A stretch of DNA of 64,000 nt from Calditrichota bacterium (GTDB lineage: Bacteria; Electryoneota; RPQS01), in the NCBI GenBank assembly GCA_020637445.1, contig JACJVZ010000001.1, forward strand, positions 85,108 to 149,107, written 5' to 3'. A model generated the notes under the pieces. It saw nothing but the letters and a program-made list of their open reading frames with translations, had not been told where the DNA came from and searched no databases. This document shows, in pieces, positions 50,027-60,562 of the stretch. Position numbers and translations under genes: made by a program. How positions within the stretch are numbered: the first letter of the stretch is position 1; each line of letters starts with the position of its first letter.

Positions 50027-50828
50027 GTGATTTTGCGAATACTCTCGCAACCAAGAACAGCGCGAAGAGCAAGAGCACGATAATAGGGCCCGGCGAGAGT
50101 CCATAGTTCACGGCAATGACCGCGCCGACCAAAGATGTGAACGCACCCATGAGAACGGACATCGTTACCACGGTCGAAGCTCTTTGACTCATCAGTCCCG
50201 CCGTGGCGCCCGGAATCACCAAGAGTGCGCCAACCAACAGCACTCCGGCAATTTTCATTGCCAATGCAATCGTAACAGCTAAAACCGACAGGCTTCCCAA
50301 ATGCAGCAATTTGACCGGCAGTCCGGCGATGCGCGCGCCTTCAGGATCAAACAAGAAGAGCAACAACTCTTCCCAATAGAACACGAGAGCTAAGACGACC
50401 ACCAGGGCCAGCGCCGCGAGGAAATACACGTCGCCAAGAAATACTTGATCAAGAGAGCCGACGAGAAACTCTTCAAGGTGTCCGCCGCCGCAATCGTCGT
50501 GACTGTGCATCTGGTCATGCACTCCCGACAGCAAAAGTCCGAACGCGACGGCCGCGGCCAACAGGATGCCGATGGCACTGTCAGAGGAAATGTCGTCACG
50601 TTTGGGCAAGAGTCCGACCGCGATGCTAAAGATCAAAGCAGTCAAGAGTGCCACGGGAAACACGGGCCAATGTAAAAACAGAGCAAGTCCGACTCCCGCG
50701 ATCATTCCGTGTGAGGCTCCATGTCCCATGAAAGCCATCCGGCGATGCACAACCATGAACGACTGAGCGCCGCAAGAAATTCCGAGCAAGACGGCCGCGA
50801 CCAGCATCGGCCAAAACTCAATGTTCAT
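50022..50828 (-). CDS. Metal (Zn/Mn-type) ABC transporter permease
   Basis: ZnuB/ABC-3 family-like hydrophobic protein. Overlaps the upstream ATPase gene. Confidence 0.65.
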   Translation of the reverse strand: MNIEFWPMLVAAVLLGISCGAQSFMVVHRRMAFMGHGASHGMIAGVGLALFLHWPVFPVALLTALIFSIAVGLLPKRDDISSDSAIGILLAAAVAFGLLLSGVHDQMHSHDDCGGGHLEEFLVGSLDQVFLGDVYFLAALALVVVLALVFYWEELLLFLFDPEGARIAGLPVKLLHLGSLSVLAVTIALAMKIAGVLLVGALLVIPGATAGLMSQRASTVVTMSVLMGAFTSLVGAVIAVNYGLSPGPIIVLLLFALFLVARVFAKSQ

Positions 50829-51600
50829 GGGGGCCTACCACCATATGCGGAAGTGAGTGATCGTGGAACACCAGCTTCGCGGGGCATCCGTAGATCTTTT
50901 CGACGTCCGCGGTCGAGAGCTTTTCGGGCGCGTCGTGAAAATGAAGCTGTACATTTAGACAAGCGAGCCGGTCGCAGATAGGAGATATTGCACCGACGTC
51001 GTGCGACACCAGCACAACCGTAAGTTTACGCTCCAGCCGCCATTCGGCGAGCCACTGATTCAGCAAGTCTTGCCCCTGCGCATCGACTCCAACCGTCGGC
51101 TCATCCAGAAGCAGGAGTTCCGGTTCATGCACCAGTGCCCGCGCCACCAGGATTCTTTGTTTTTGTCCGCCGGAAAGAGTCCACCAGGTTTTGTTTTTGT
51201 GCGTGGTCATCCCGACTCGTTCGAGCGCGCGCGCAGTCTTTTGTTCGCTTGCGCTTTTACCGAGCTTTGGTAAGCCGTGTGCGAGGAGTCCCATCGCAAC
51301 AACTTGCTCTGCCGTGACGGGAAAGCGCGCCGTAAATTCGCGCTGCTGCGGAACGTGCCCGACTTTGCGCCGCCAGTTCGTTCCCGTGCGCGGGTCATCT
51401 CCAAACACACGCACGCTGCCGGACAACGGGGCTTCCAATCCCAGCAGCAGTTTTAGCAGCGTGGATTTTCCCCCGCCGTTAGGTCCGATCAGTCCGACAA
51501 ACGCACCCGCTTCCAGTTCCAGCGAAACATGTTCAAGCGCGTTCGTATTTCCATAACGAAAAGTTACGTCGGACAATGTTACAATTGAATTCGTACTCAA
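50818..51600 (-). CDS. Metal ABC transporter ATP-binding protein
   Basis: Walker A GPNGGGKST. LSGGQKQRILVARAL. LLLLDEPTVGVD. Confidence 0.75.
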   Translation of the reverse strand: MSTNSIVTLSDVTFRYGNTNALEHVSLELEAGAFVGLIGPNGGGKSTLLKLLLGLEAPLSGSVRVFGDDPRTGTNWRRKVGHVPQQREFTARFPVTAEQVVAMGLLAHGLPKLGKSASEQKTARALERVGMTTHKNKTWWTLSGGQKQRILVARALVHEPELLLLDEPTVGVDAQGQDLLNQWLAEWRLERKLTVVLVSHDVGAISPICDRLACLNVQLHFHDAPEKLSTADVEKIYGCPAKLVFHDHSLPHMVVGPHEH

Positions 51601-52433
51601 GGCTGCTTATGTAAGTTTTGAAGTGAATCTTCTTGGAGCACGTCAAGCGTGTGCTCGAGTAAGGATAAGTCTCCGATCTTTCCGTGTCCGGGAATCACAA
51701 TTTGGGGAGCCAGCGGCAGCAGAGAGCGCACGGAGTTAGGCCAATCGCGCATCACTGCGTCGCTCTTGTTGCCCACACGCTTTCCGGCAAGAATGAGACA
51801 ACCGCCGAACAAAACATTGCGCTCCGGCAGCCAGACCACAACATTGTCGGGCGAATGTCCCGCACCGGGAAAGATCGTTCGTACTTCTTCATCATCAAAC
51901 TGCAGGGAAAGACCCTGCTTGAGAGGAAACAGCGAGTCCGGAGCGGCAAGTTCCAAATTCTGAAAGTACTCTGACCACAGCGAATCTCCGCCGACGTAGT
52001 CCAGCAAGAGAACCCGCATAGGATCGATTCTGCTTTCGAGGAGTTCCGCACACAAATCCGACCCGTACACGGGAATACCGCGCTCTAAATAGACCTCATT
52101 CCCACCTGTTCTGTCATTGTGGAAGTGTGTATTGATCGCGGCAAACCGGAGGGGATGAAACTTGTCAATGAGCCAGTCAAGCCAGAGTGCGGTGCTAAGG
52201 GTATCGTTTGGAGAGTCCACCAGCAGAAGCGTCGAGTCGCGCATCAGGGCGGCCAGAAAATTCGAGGTATACGGAGAGTCGTGGGTCCCGACAATCGTAC
52301 TTTTGTCTAAGGCAGTCTCCGTCACCCTCCCGAACTGCGTTTCGCAAACGACTTGCGCCGGTTCGGAAGCTGGCAGTATAGACGCATGCACTAAGATACT
52401 TGCAACAATCAAACAAGTCAGTGACTTTGTCAT
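51597..52433 (-). CDS. Secreted MBL-fold metallo-hydrolase
   Basis: H-x-H-x-D-R motif (THFHNDRTGG) and later His/Asp ligands. The internal start MTKSLTCLIVASIL gives a signal peptide. Confidence 0.55.
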   Translation of the reverse strand: MTKSLTCLIVASILVHASILPASEPAQVVCETQFGRVTETALDKSTIVGTHDSPYTSNFLAALMRDSTLLLVDSPNDTLSTALWLDWLIDKFHPLRFAAINTHFHNDRTGGNEVYLERGIPVYGSDLCAELLESRIDPMRVLLLDYVGGDSLWSEYFQNLELAAPDSLFPLKQGLSLQFDDEEVRTIFPGAGHSPDNVVVWLPERNVLFGGCLILAGKRVGNKSDAVMRDWPNSVRSLLPLAPQIVIPGHGKIGDLSLLEHTLDVLQEDSLQNLHKQP

Positions 52434-52437
52434 GCGT

Positions 52438-53337
52438 CTAATCACGAGAGGGTTCGGCAATCGCCGGAGTTCTGGGTTCCAGGACGACAATTAGAATACA
52501 CAGGACGATAAGTACCGCCCCGACCAATGTCCAGCCTGTGGGAACTTCTGAAAAAATAGACCATCCCAAGAGCGTCGCACCAACGGGTTCGCCTAAGATC
52601 GAAGCAGACACGACAAATGCCGGGAGATATCCGACGGCGAAATTTAAGAGAGTATGTCCAATAAGGGTTGGGACCAGCGCGAGCAGCAAAAGCGCCGTCC
52701 AGCTATCGCTCGTGAAGCCTGTCAGAGGTTTGTGTGCAAAGCCCGCCAAGGCCATTAGAATAATCGATCCACTGACATGCATCACGAGCATAAACGGAAC
52801 GATCGGCGTGGTTTTGCGAAACGTTCTCGCAAACAGCACAAAGACGGCGGCCAAAACCGACGCGGCCAAGGCCAGCAAATTCCCGGTCAGTGCTGTTTCT
52901 CCGCTGCCTCCGCCAAATGTAATCGCCGCCATTCCCGCCACGGCGCCAAAAATCGCGATCCGGCTCAGCCAACTGACGGCTTCCTTGAGGAAGATCGTGC
53001 CCAAAAAGGCGGTGAATATCGGTTGAGTACAGGTCAGAAACGTAGACGCGGCGATAGACGTATAACTTAGGCTGGTGATAAAGCAAACTTGATGCAGGGC
53101 AATAATCGCCGTGGCACCGAAAATTCCGAGCAGCTTTTTCGGCCCCATTTCCCTCAGAGCCTGCCGCACGGTAGGGCTTAAAAGCGCAAACAGGAAGATA
53201 ATCGCGCAAAACCCGCTGCGCCAAAATGCCGCCGCCATTGGCGGAACATGTGCAGACCGGATGAAGATCGCCGCCGTCGAAACGGCCAAGATAGCGGGGA
53301 AAAGGGCGACTTTTGCGCGAGCTGGGAAGTCGGTCAA
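52438..53337 (-). CDS. EamA/DMT-family transporter
   Basis: 299 aa with ten hydrophobic helices in a duplicated EamA-like arrangement. Confidence 0.6.
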   Translation of the reverse strand: MTDFPARAKVALFPAILAVSTAAIFIRSAHVPPMAAAFWRSGFCAIIFLFALLSPTVRQALREMGPKKLLGIFGATAIIALHQVCFITSLSYTSIAASTFLTCTQPIFTAFLGTIFLKEAVSWLSRIAIFGAVAGMAAITFGGGSGETALTGNLLALAASVLAAVFVLFARTFRKTTPIVPFMLVMHVSGSIILMALAGFAHKPLTGFTSDSWTALLLLALVPTLIGHTLLNFAVGYLPAFVVSASILGEPVGATLLGWSIFSEVPTGWTLVGAVLIVLCILIVVLEPRTPAIAEPSRD

Positions 53338-53515
53338 GATGGGTCTATTGAGTTTAAGAGTCTGTCACAGGGCTTGCAACCTGATTTCGGACTGACTTCC
53401 AGCCCGTAAGTTCAGAAAATATACAAAACGACCCTGAGATTCACAATTGGCCGGTCTTGGACAAATGGGCCAGTTGCGCTTGCAAGAGGTTGTATTTTTT
53501 GATATTTTGAGGATT

Positions 53516-54730
53516 ATGAAGATGAAAACGACCGGAATATTCCTGTGCCTGATGTTCCTTTGGACCACCAGTGGCCATAGCCAGTACTTGGCAGTGCGCG
53601 GCAGTGTTCCGCTTACGCCTCGTACCGATGTGGCGATTTCCGGGACAAGTGCCTTTGCCTGTGGCGCAAACTCCCTGAGTATTGTGTCGTTTTTTAATCC
53701 GTCTTCTCCGGCCGTGACCGGTCAGGTTGCCCCGGGCGTGGGAGATCTTTTGGCCGTTGCCGTGAATGACGGCTATGCCTATTGCGCGGGCAACGTGAGC
53801 GGCATTGTGGTGATCGACGTCAGTGATTTGTCCGATCCGACATGGGTACGCAACGTACAGGCCGCCGCACCGGTCTTGCACGTTTCCGTCAGTGACACGT
53901 TTTTGGCGGTTTCGACGTCACTCAATGTGACGCTGTACGGGTTGAGGAATCCGGAGCAGCCGCATTTCTTGGCGACATTTGGCCGTCCGGCCAATCGCGT
54001 GGCAATCGACGCCGGCACACGCAAGATTCACTGTGCAGGCACGACCGGAGCTTTTCTATTGGGCTGGACAGTGAATCAAGGTGTCGTGACCTTGAGCAGT
54101 GCCGATGAGTTCGGTTCGACTGCTTTTACTCACGTTGCTCTGGGAAACTCGTACGCCAACTATATTCAGAACCTCCAGTTCAGCGCGCTGAACAAGACCA
54201 CTTATTCGCTCGCCGGGCAATATGGAGCCGTGGCCCAAATCACCGCGCTGGCTTCGGGATCGAATTTCTCGGTCATTGGGCTGGCAACCAGCGGTGTCGA
54301 GTACCTCCGGCAAACGAATGCAACTCCGGTATTTTCATCGTCCGTGCAAACTCCCGGCGGGGTTGCAGGCTTGGCCATATCTTCGAACGAACAGCTAATG
54401 GTCGCGGCAACTTCTGCGGGCGTCACCATAATCGCAAATTCGCCGCTTGCATCGGACCCTGTGGCACCGCTGCCTGAAGCGTTCACTTTGTCTGCTTTTC
54501 CCAATCCGTTTAACAGCCGAACGACCCTTTCTTGGACGGGTTCATTGCACGGTGGTGCTGAGCTTTCCGTTACCGACATACTTGGTCGCGAGGTCATGCG
54601 GTCGGCGGTGCCCGCAGGCACCAACACGCGGCAATTGGATTTTAGCGGTTTGGGGGCGGGAAGCTATTTCGTGAACTTTGAGACGCCACAAACACGCTCT
54701 GAACCATTGCGTGTGATCTACCTCCCCTAA
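53516..54730 (+). CDS. Secreted LVIVD-repeat protein with T9SS C-terminal sorting domain
   Basis: Signal peptide MKMKTTGIFLCLMFLWTTSG. LVIVD-type repeat (GIVVIDVSDLSDP). C-terminal AFPNPFNSRTTLSW...TDILGREV matches the T9SS C-terminal domain. Confidence 0.65.
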   Translation: MKMKTTGIFLCLMFLWTTSGHSQYLAVRGSVPLTPRTDVAISGTSAFACGANSLSIVSFFNPSSPAVTGQVAPGVGDLLAVAVNDGYAYCAGNVSGIVVIDVSDLSDPTWVRNVQAAAPVLHVSVSDTFLAVSTSLNVTLYGLRNPEQPHFLATFGRPANRVAIDAGTRKIHCAGTTGAFLLGWTVNQGVVTLSSADEFGSTAFTHVALGNSYANYIQNLQFSALNKTTYSLAGQYGAVAQITALASGSNFSVIGLATSGVEYLRQTNATPVFSSSVQTPGGVAGLAISSNEQLMVAATSAGVTIIANSPLASDPVAPLPEAFTLSAFPNPFNSRTTLSWTGSLHGGAELSVTDILGREVMRSAVPAGTNTRQLDFSGLGAGSYFVNFETPQTRSEPLRVIYLP

Positions 54731-54811
54731 AGTTCGCGCGTTCCGTTCGCTTTTCCGGGTCTCCGGGAACTCGACCTATCGTTTGCTCCATTCTCGAACA
54801 ACCATTCGACT

Positions 54812-55138
54812 ATGAATTTCCTTCAACTCATCGTGGAGGCGCTGCTGTATTACTTGGCGTGCTCGCTGCTTGCCAAGAAAGAAGACGCGCCCGGCTTCAT
54901 TCGTGTTTTGGTCGTTGTGCTCGCGCTGGCCTTTGTCTCCGGCGGAATCAACGCAGTACTTCCTAACTTCTGGATCTCGAGCGCGATCATCGCGATCATC
55001 AATTTCTTCATTTTGTGGATCGGCCTCGGAATAGGACTGTTCCGTACGGTGCTCGCATTGATTGCGGTGATGATTTTGCGTTCGCTGCTGCAATATTACT
55101 TTGGTCCTACCGGACAAGGCCCCGCACTCTTCACCTAA
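54812..55138 (+). CDS. Small membrane protein (108 aa)
   Basis: Three hydrophobic helices. Its stop overlaps the next start (TAATG). Confidence 0.4.
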   Translation: MNFLQLIVEALLYYLACSLLAKKEDAPGFIRVLVVVLALAFVSGGINAVLPNFWISSAIIAIINFFILWIGLGIGLFRTVLALIAVMILRSLLQYYFGPTGQGPALFT

Positions 55139-56361
55139 TGCGACTACTTCTTACTCTATTGTTACTTGCTTCTGCCGCGCAGTCCGCTGAACTCACGCGG
55201 CAGAAATTTCTTTTGTCCTTTCCCGAGATCTCCTACGACGACAATAGTGTGTTCTTCTCGAACGACGAGTGGTCGGCTGTATTTGTTGGGAAAGAGGGCG
55301 CGATGTTTACGGTTCCGCGCGATTCCATCGAAATACCGACACCCCTTGAGAGCGGCCGTACGTGCAAAGTCGTCGTGGGAAACGCGACGTACTCGTGCAG
55401 CCCGCTCCGCGGCAACTCCCTTGTCCGGCAGGACGCGTTCGGCAATTCGGACAAGACGATCTCGGCGCCCAATGTCCGCGCGATGGAAGCCTTGGCCGAA
55501 GCATGGGATAAACCGGATGTATCTAAGGCGGACGTGACCGAAGAGCTCGGCCCGCTGTGTGAAGACGCGAGCAAGGTTTGGTTCGGATTGGTTGCTTATT
55601 ATCGAAACGGACAGGACCCCGTGCCCGGTTTGGGCTGGTATGACACACGCACGGATCAATTCGGTCGAGTGTATGCCGCCTCACTTGAAGATTTTCTTCC
55701 GCGTTGGATCGGCGTGCGTCAGGATACAGTTTGGATATTTTGCGTCCCGACTGGAGCAGACGTCGGCGGAAAACTGTTGAATTATTCAATTCAGAGCGGG
55801 ACGGTAGGCATCATAAGTCCCAGCGCTTACGGCATTCCCGGCGATACACTTTTGAATGTCGCGATGTGGAGGAACAACTTGCTTTTGGCCACGGAGAATG
55901 CGGTCGCCATCTGGCCGCATGGTAAAACACCGTGGGTCTGGCAAACGGACGCGTACGCCACTCGCGTAGGTACATGGCTCAAGTTTATGACGTTTGACAT
56001 GGCCAACGGCCTGAAGGTCATTGGCGGAGATTTCTTTCCCTTGCCGATAAACAAACCTGCGCAGGCTTTCGCAAAAGTCGGCGATTGGATAGAGCTTCTT
56101 GCACCGACCGGCATCGAAGCAACGATGCCGTTAACCCGATGGAACAAGCGAAAAGACAGGTTTACGTCTATCGATTGGGGCTGCGGGGATCAAATGTGTT
56201 TTGAACGGATAAAGATCAACGTGTCCGGCGCGAATCACGAAATGGATTTGCTCGACGCTCCGCTCGCTCCGCTTGGGGACGAAGGTTCACAGAAAAAAGT
56301 CGGCATGCGCGCGGGCTGGGCACCTGCGTATGACCTTGTGCCGGTACTAATGAAGAAGTAG
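55138..56361 (+). CDS. Secreted hypothetical protein
   Basis: Signal peptide MRLLLTLLLLASAAQSA. No motifs assigned. Confidence 0.5.
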   Translation: MRLLLTLLLLASAAQSAELTRQKFLLSFPEISYDDNSVFFSNDEWSAVFVGKEGAMFTVPRDSIEIPTPLESGRTCKVVVGNATYSCSPLRGNSLVRQDAFGNSDKTISAPNVRAMEALAEAWDKPDVSKADVTEELGPLCEDASKVWFGLVAYYRNGQDPVPGLGWYDTRTDQFGRVYAASLEDFLPRWIGVRQDTVWIFCVPTGADVGGKLLNYSIQSGTVGIISPSAYGIPGDTLLNVAMWRNNLLLATENAVAIWPHGKTPWVWQTDAYATRVGTWLKFMTFDMANGLKVIGGDFFPLPINKPAQAFAKVGDWIELLAPTGIEATMPLTRWNKRKDRFTSIDWGCGDQMCFERIKINVSGANHEMDLLDAPLAPLGDEGSQKKVGMRAGWAPAYDLVPVLMKK

Positions 56362-56370
56362 ATTGGTTAC

Positions 56371-57855
56371 ATGAAGCGAAGATTTCTGATTTGTTTGATA
56401 GCATTGGCCGCGGGGGCGACAGCGTTGTTGGCGCAGCCCGCCGTAACACTCGAAGACTTGCTCGAGGAAGCGGAGACTGCGCTGGCCGAAGCGAAAGCAC
56501 ACGAAGTGCAAGTAATCTCTCCCCGTCGCGTGGCAAAGGCAGAAGAATCGATTCGCGAAGCACGTGACAAGATGGGGAAGGCGGGTAGCGATAATCTCGT
56601 GCGCTTGAATCTGGAGAGTGCGTTGGAATCTCTCGAAACCGCGGTAACACATGCAGAGACGGCTCGACCTAAGCTGCAGAGCATCCTCGAAGCCCGCGAC
56701 GCCGCCAAAGCCGCGGGAGCGGAAGTTAGTAATCTGCCGGCGTGGCAGCAAGCAGAACGCGGGCTTATGGAGATTGCCGGAAAGATTGAGCAGGGAATTG
56801 AATCGGAGCTTAGTGGATTGCGCGAACCGCTTGCGCAGCAGTATTGGGCGGCGCGCCGCGAAGCCTTGCGTGATGGTCTGCTCGCAAATGCGAAGTCGGA
56901 CATCGCGGCCGCGGAGAAGCTCGACGGTGACAAACATTTCCCGACTTTGATGGCTCGTTCGCGACAGGCTATGTCGCGGGCAGAAGCGCTGCTTGCACAA
57001 GAAAACCTCGACGATTGCCGAATAGCGGCGCAGGAAGCATCCGATTACGCAATCCACGCGAAGGGACAAATTGAATACAGTGCGAGTGCCAAATCTTCGC
57101 GCTCGCCGGACGAGGCGCTTTTGCTGCCGTACGACGACCTGCTGACCAAGATGGCAGCGGAATGGGGGGAAACTCTGTCGTTTGAAGGCGGTGGCGAGGC
57201 CGCCATTCGCCGCTTCGAAGAAATGTACGCTCGCAACATGGCTCGAGAGAAAGCAGTCCGTGATTCACTCGAAGGCGTAGTAATGACGTCGCGAGAGAGT
57301 ATGGAGAACTCGTTGACGGACATGCAAACGAGTTTGGCCGACCAGCAAAACAAAATGACCGAGTGCGAGCAGCGAATTGCGGATATCCGAGCGGAGCGTG
57401 ATTTGGCGGTGAGCCGCCTAAGGAAGCGTGAATTGACCGCGCAGCGCGCGCAAATCGCGCAGACGGCATTTGATCCGGGGGATGCCGTGGTCTATCAAAA
57501 TATGGACGGAAATATCATCATTCATCTGTACGGCGTAAAATTTTCCAGTGGCCAAGCAACCTTAGGCAAGGATCAGAAGTCTATATTAAAGAAGGCGGCG
57601 GAAGCGATAGAAGTCTTTCCGGACGTGAAAGTCGTCGTCGAGGGACATACCGATGCCGAAGGTTCGGAGTCGAGCAATCAAGAATTGTCGGAAAAACGCG
57701 CTGCGGCAGTTGGAAAAATGCTCGAAGGCGAGCTCAAATCGAAAGTGGCGATTGAAACGGTCGGCAAGGGTGAATCTACGCCAATTGCCTCGAATGATAC
57801 GGCCCGCGGACGGGCACTCAACAGAAGAATCGACTTAGTATTAACATTGCCGTAA
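56371..57855 (+). CDS. OmpA-family protein with an N-terminal coiled-coil region
   Basis: C-terminal OmpA-like domain (VVEGHTDAEGSESSNQELSEKRAAAV...GRALNRRIDL). Signal peptide present. Confidence 0.75.
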   Translation: MKRRFLICLIALAAGATALLAQPAVTLEDLLEEAETALAEAKAHEVQVISPRRVAKAEESIREARDKMGKAGSDNLVRLNLESALESLETAVTHAETARPKLQSILEARDAAKAAGAEVSNLPAWQQAERGLMEIAGKIEQGIESELSGLREPLAQQYWAARREALRDGLLANAKSDIAAAEKLDGDKHFPTLMARSRQAMSRAEALLAQENLDDCRIAAQEASDYAIHAKGQIEYSASAKSSRSPDEALLLPYDDLLTKMAAEWGETLSFEGGGEAAIRRFEEMYARNMAREKAVRDSLEGVVMTSRESMENSLTDMQTSLADQQNKMTECEQRIADIRAERDLAVSRLRKRELTAQRAQIAQTAFDPGDAVVYQNMDGNIIIHLYGVKFSSGQATLGKDQKSILKKAAEAIEVFPDVKVVVEGHTDAEGSESSNQELSEKRAAAVGKMLEGELKSKVAIETVGKGESTPIASNDTARGRALNRRIDLVLTLP

Positions 57856-57856
57856 T

Positions 57857-60352
57857 ATGAAACGGATCATCATTTTTTTGGTTTTGCTGACAGCGGCGGC
57901 CGTTCACGCAAGTGACCGTTCGCCGTTGCTTCTCAATTATGGTCAGGGAATCCTGAACACGGGCTCAACACCCGGGTCATACATGGGAGCGATAGGTTCG
58001 TTTTGGAATCCCGCGGGGTGGTCCACGATGTCCCGCTCAGAAGCGGTATTTTCGTGGGATGACCGCAACGATGCGCGCAAACGGCTCGACAATTGGGGAG
58101 TTTATCTCGGTGGTCATGGTCTCGGAGCGGTGGTACGCAGGAATTTGGTGTACCGGAACGACGATTACTATGCAATCGATGACTATCAACTTGCCATGTC
58201 CGGAGGCAGCCGAGGTGAAGGCTGGGGCATCGCCTACGGGTGGTCCAAAGGAGACAGCGCAAAGGAGTTGCGCCAGCACTACTTGACGGTCGGGAATGTT
58301 TACCGTCCGTACAAGTATGTCTCAATCGGCAGTGCGTGGACGCTTGGATTGCGGAACGGCAGGTCGAGGTTTCAAGGTGATTTGGGATTAAGACCGTTTG
58401 CGGGGTCGCACAAGCTCACGCTGTTCGGAGATCTTGCGGCTCACGACAAGGACAACTTCAAGACGATGCAGTGGGGCGGAGGAGTCGAGGTTATGCCCCT
58501 GAACGGCGTTCGCATATCCGCCAAAATCTCCAAACTCTTTCCTGACGATCCAGCTCCGTGGTTCACACTTGGGATTGGTCTTTCCGTCGATGAGGCAGGC
58601 GTGCACGTTACGCCGAACTACAATAAGAAATCCGATATTCAGTATACGAGCTACGCCGTTCGAATTGGCAAAGTCGAGCCAAGTTTTTCCGGACAAGAGA
58701 AAGGCAAGCGCGTCGTGGCGCTTGGCATGCGCGGCACTCTAACCTATCAGAAGTCGCGCTGGTTTGATCCCGGTCGGCAAACGTTGACTGAAATGCTTCA
58801 GCTTGTTGAGGATGCTAAGAACGACCGGAGCGTCGGCGGCATTGCGATGAATCTTTCAGGATTCAATGCACCGCGGGAATTGGTCTGGGAGCTGACTGAA
58901 AAACTCAAGGAGTTTCGTGCCGCTGGCAAAAAAGTTTACATGTATGTAGACCGTCCCACGATGACTCAAGTCTATCTTCTGACGCAAGCGGACTACTCGT
59001 GGATGGATCCGCTGGGTTCGATGGACATGTTGGGGTGGTTGATGGGCGGCACCTATTACAAAGGAATGCTTGAGAAGCTCGGCATCGGCGTCGAGGAGTT
59101 TCGCTACTTCACGTACAAGTCCGCATTCGAAAGATTGGCCCGCGAAGACATGTCCAAAAAGGACCGCGAGCAGCGCATGAGTTTGCTGTCCGATTTTCAC
59201 GACGAATGGTCGCATGCGATAGAAGAGAATTTGGGAATCAGTGCGGATTCGATCAAACTCGCGATGGATTCGCTTGGTTTGATCACCGCTCACGAAGCTG
59301 AACGGTTCGGTTTTGTGGATACGGTCGCTCGCTGGACGGATGCCGCGGACATAATTGAAAGCGAGCGCGGTTCTCGTGCGAAGTTTGTCGAGCGCGGCGA
59401 GCTTAATGAGGACAAACACAGCGATCCGCGGTGGGGAGAATATCCCAAAGTCGCGGTCGTTTACGCGCTTGGCGAATGTGCGATGGATACGGGTATTCGC
59501 GCGCGCTATACGTCAAGGCTTCTGCGCAGGCTTGCCAAGGATGACAATATTCAGGCCGTGGTCTTGCGTGTCGACTCTCCGGGCGGGGACGGTCTGGCAT
59601 CGGACTTGGTGGCCGACGGTATGCGTGACGTCTCAAAAAAGAAGCCGATGATTGTCTCTCAAGGGCGAGTCGCGGCGTCAGGCGGCTATTGGCTGAGTTC
59701 ACCCGGCGACCGGGTGTTTACGTCACCTTTCACGATTACCGGGTCAATAGGAGTGATTGCCGGTTGGCTGTGGAACGAGCGGCTGACTGAGAAAACCGGT
59801 TTGACATTCGACAAAGTACAGATTGGCAAGCATGCCGACTTGGGAATGGGAATAGAGCTTCCATTTATTGGCGTCGAAGTTCCCAACCGCGACGTCGACG
59901 ACGAGGAGCGGGCGCGTGTCGAGAAGATCATTCGCGGGCACTACGACGATTTTGTGGGAAGAGTGGCCGAAGACCGCAGCCTGCCGCGTGAAGATGTGGA
60001 AGAAGTTGCGCAAGGTCGAGTGTGGGGTGGGCGCGCCGCGATTGAGCATGATCTTGTGGATGAGATTGGCGGTTTGGAACAATCGATTCTTTATGCCAAG
60101 GACAAAGCAGGAATCCGCCCGAATGAGAAGATTGAGCTGGTTGAGTTTCCGAAGCCCGGCTTGATCAATTTTGACAGGTTGTTTGCACCGGCCTCGCCGT
60201 TGGCGGCTGTCGGATTGAAACTCGGGCTCTTTGGCCGAGGGGAAGACAATGTGGACGAGTTCCCACATGAACTGAAAGTCATTAAGTTGTATTCAGAACA
60301 TCCCGGACAGCCTTTGCTCCTCCTGCCTCCAGAAGACATGATCGAAGATTAA
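57857..60352 (+). CDS. sppA: Signal peptide peptidase SppA (S49 family, two-domain 67K-type) with an N-terminal extension
   Basis: Two S49 peptidase regions. Catalytic-region motif RVAASGGYWLS. 831 aa. Signal peptide present. Confidence 0.75.
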   Translation: MKRIIIFLVLLTAAAVHASDRSPLLLNYGQGILNTGSTPGSYMGAIGSFWNPAGWSTMSRSEAVFSWDDRNDARKRLDNWGVYLGGHGLGAVVRRNLVYRNDDYYAIDDYQLAMSGGSRGEGWGIAYGWSKGDSAKELRQHYLTVGNVYRPYKYVSIGSAWTLGLRNGRSRFQGDLGLRPFAGSHKLTLFGDLAAHDKDNFKTMQWGGGVEVMPLNGVRISAKISKLFPDDPAPWFTLGIGLSVDEAGVHVTPNYNKKSDIQYTSYAVRIGKVEPSFSGQEKGKRVVALGMRGTLTYQKSRWFDPGRQTLTEMLQLVEDAKNDRSVGGIAMNLSGFNAPRELVWELTEKLKEFRAAGKKVYMYVDRPTMTQVYLLTQADYSWMDPLGSMDMLGWLMGGTYYKGMLEKLGIGVEEFRYFTYKSAFERLAREDMSKKDREQRMSLLSDFHDEWSHAIEENLGISADSIKLAMDSLGLITAHEAERFGFVDTVARWTDAADIIESERGSRAKFVERGELNEDKHSDPRWGEYPKVAVVYALGECAMDTGIRARYTSRLLRRLAKDDNIQAVVLRVDSPGGDGLASDLVADGMRDVSKKKPMIVSQGRVAASGGYWLSSPGDRVFTSPFTITGSIGVIAGWLWNERLTEKTGLTFDKVQIGKHADLGMGIELPFIGVEVPNRDVDDEERARVEKIIRGHYDDFVGRVAEDRSLPREDVEEVAQGRVWGGRAAIEHDLVDEIGGLEQSILYAKDKAGIRPNEKIELVEFPKPGLINFDRLFAPASPLAAVGLKLGLFGRGEDNVDEFPHELKVIKLYSEHPGQPLLLLPPEDMIED

Positions 60353-60379
60353 CGACTTAAAGCGTAAGAACTCGTTTGT

Positions 60380-60414
60380 GGCGAGCGACCAATAGGTCGC
60401 TCGCCTGTTTTTTT
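60380..60414 (+). terminator. Rho-independent terminator after sppA
   Basis: GGCGAGCGACC...GGTCGCTCGCC followed by TGTTTTTTT. Confidence 0.6.
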
Positions 60415-60562
60415 GACGTTTACGATTTTATGAAATCTTCTTTAGGTGAGTCAAATTGATTGCAAATTCAACAAGCATTTGCGATATTCAGCGAATTGGC
60501 TGAATCCGAGACGTGTGTCATTTTGTTTGCCAGTTGGGTCATAACCGTTTAATGGAGTCCGT

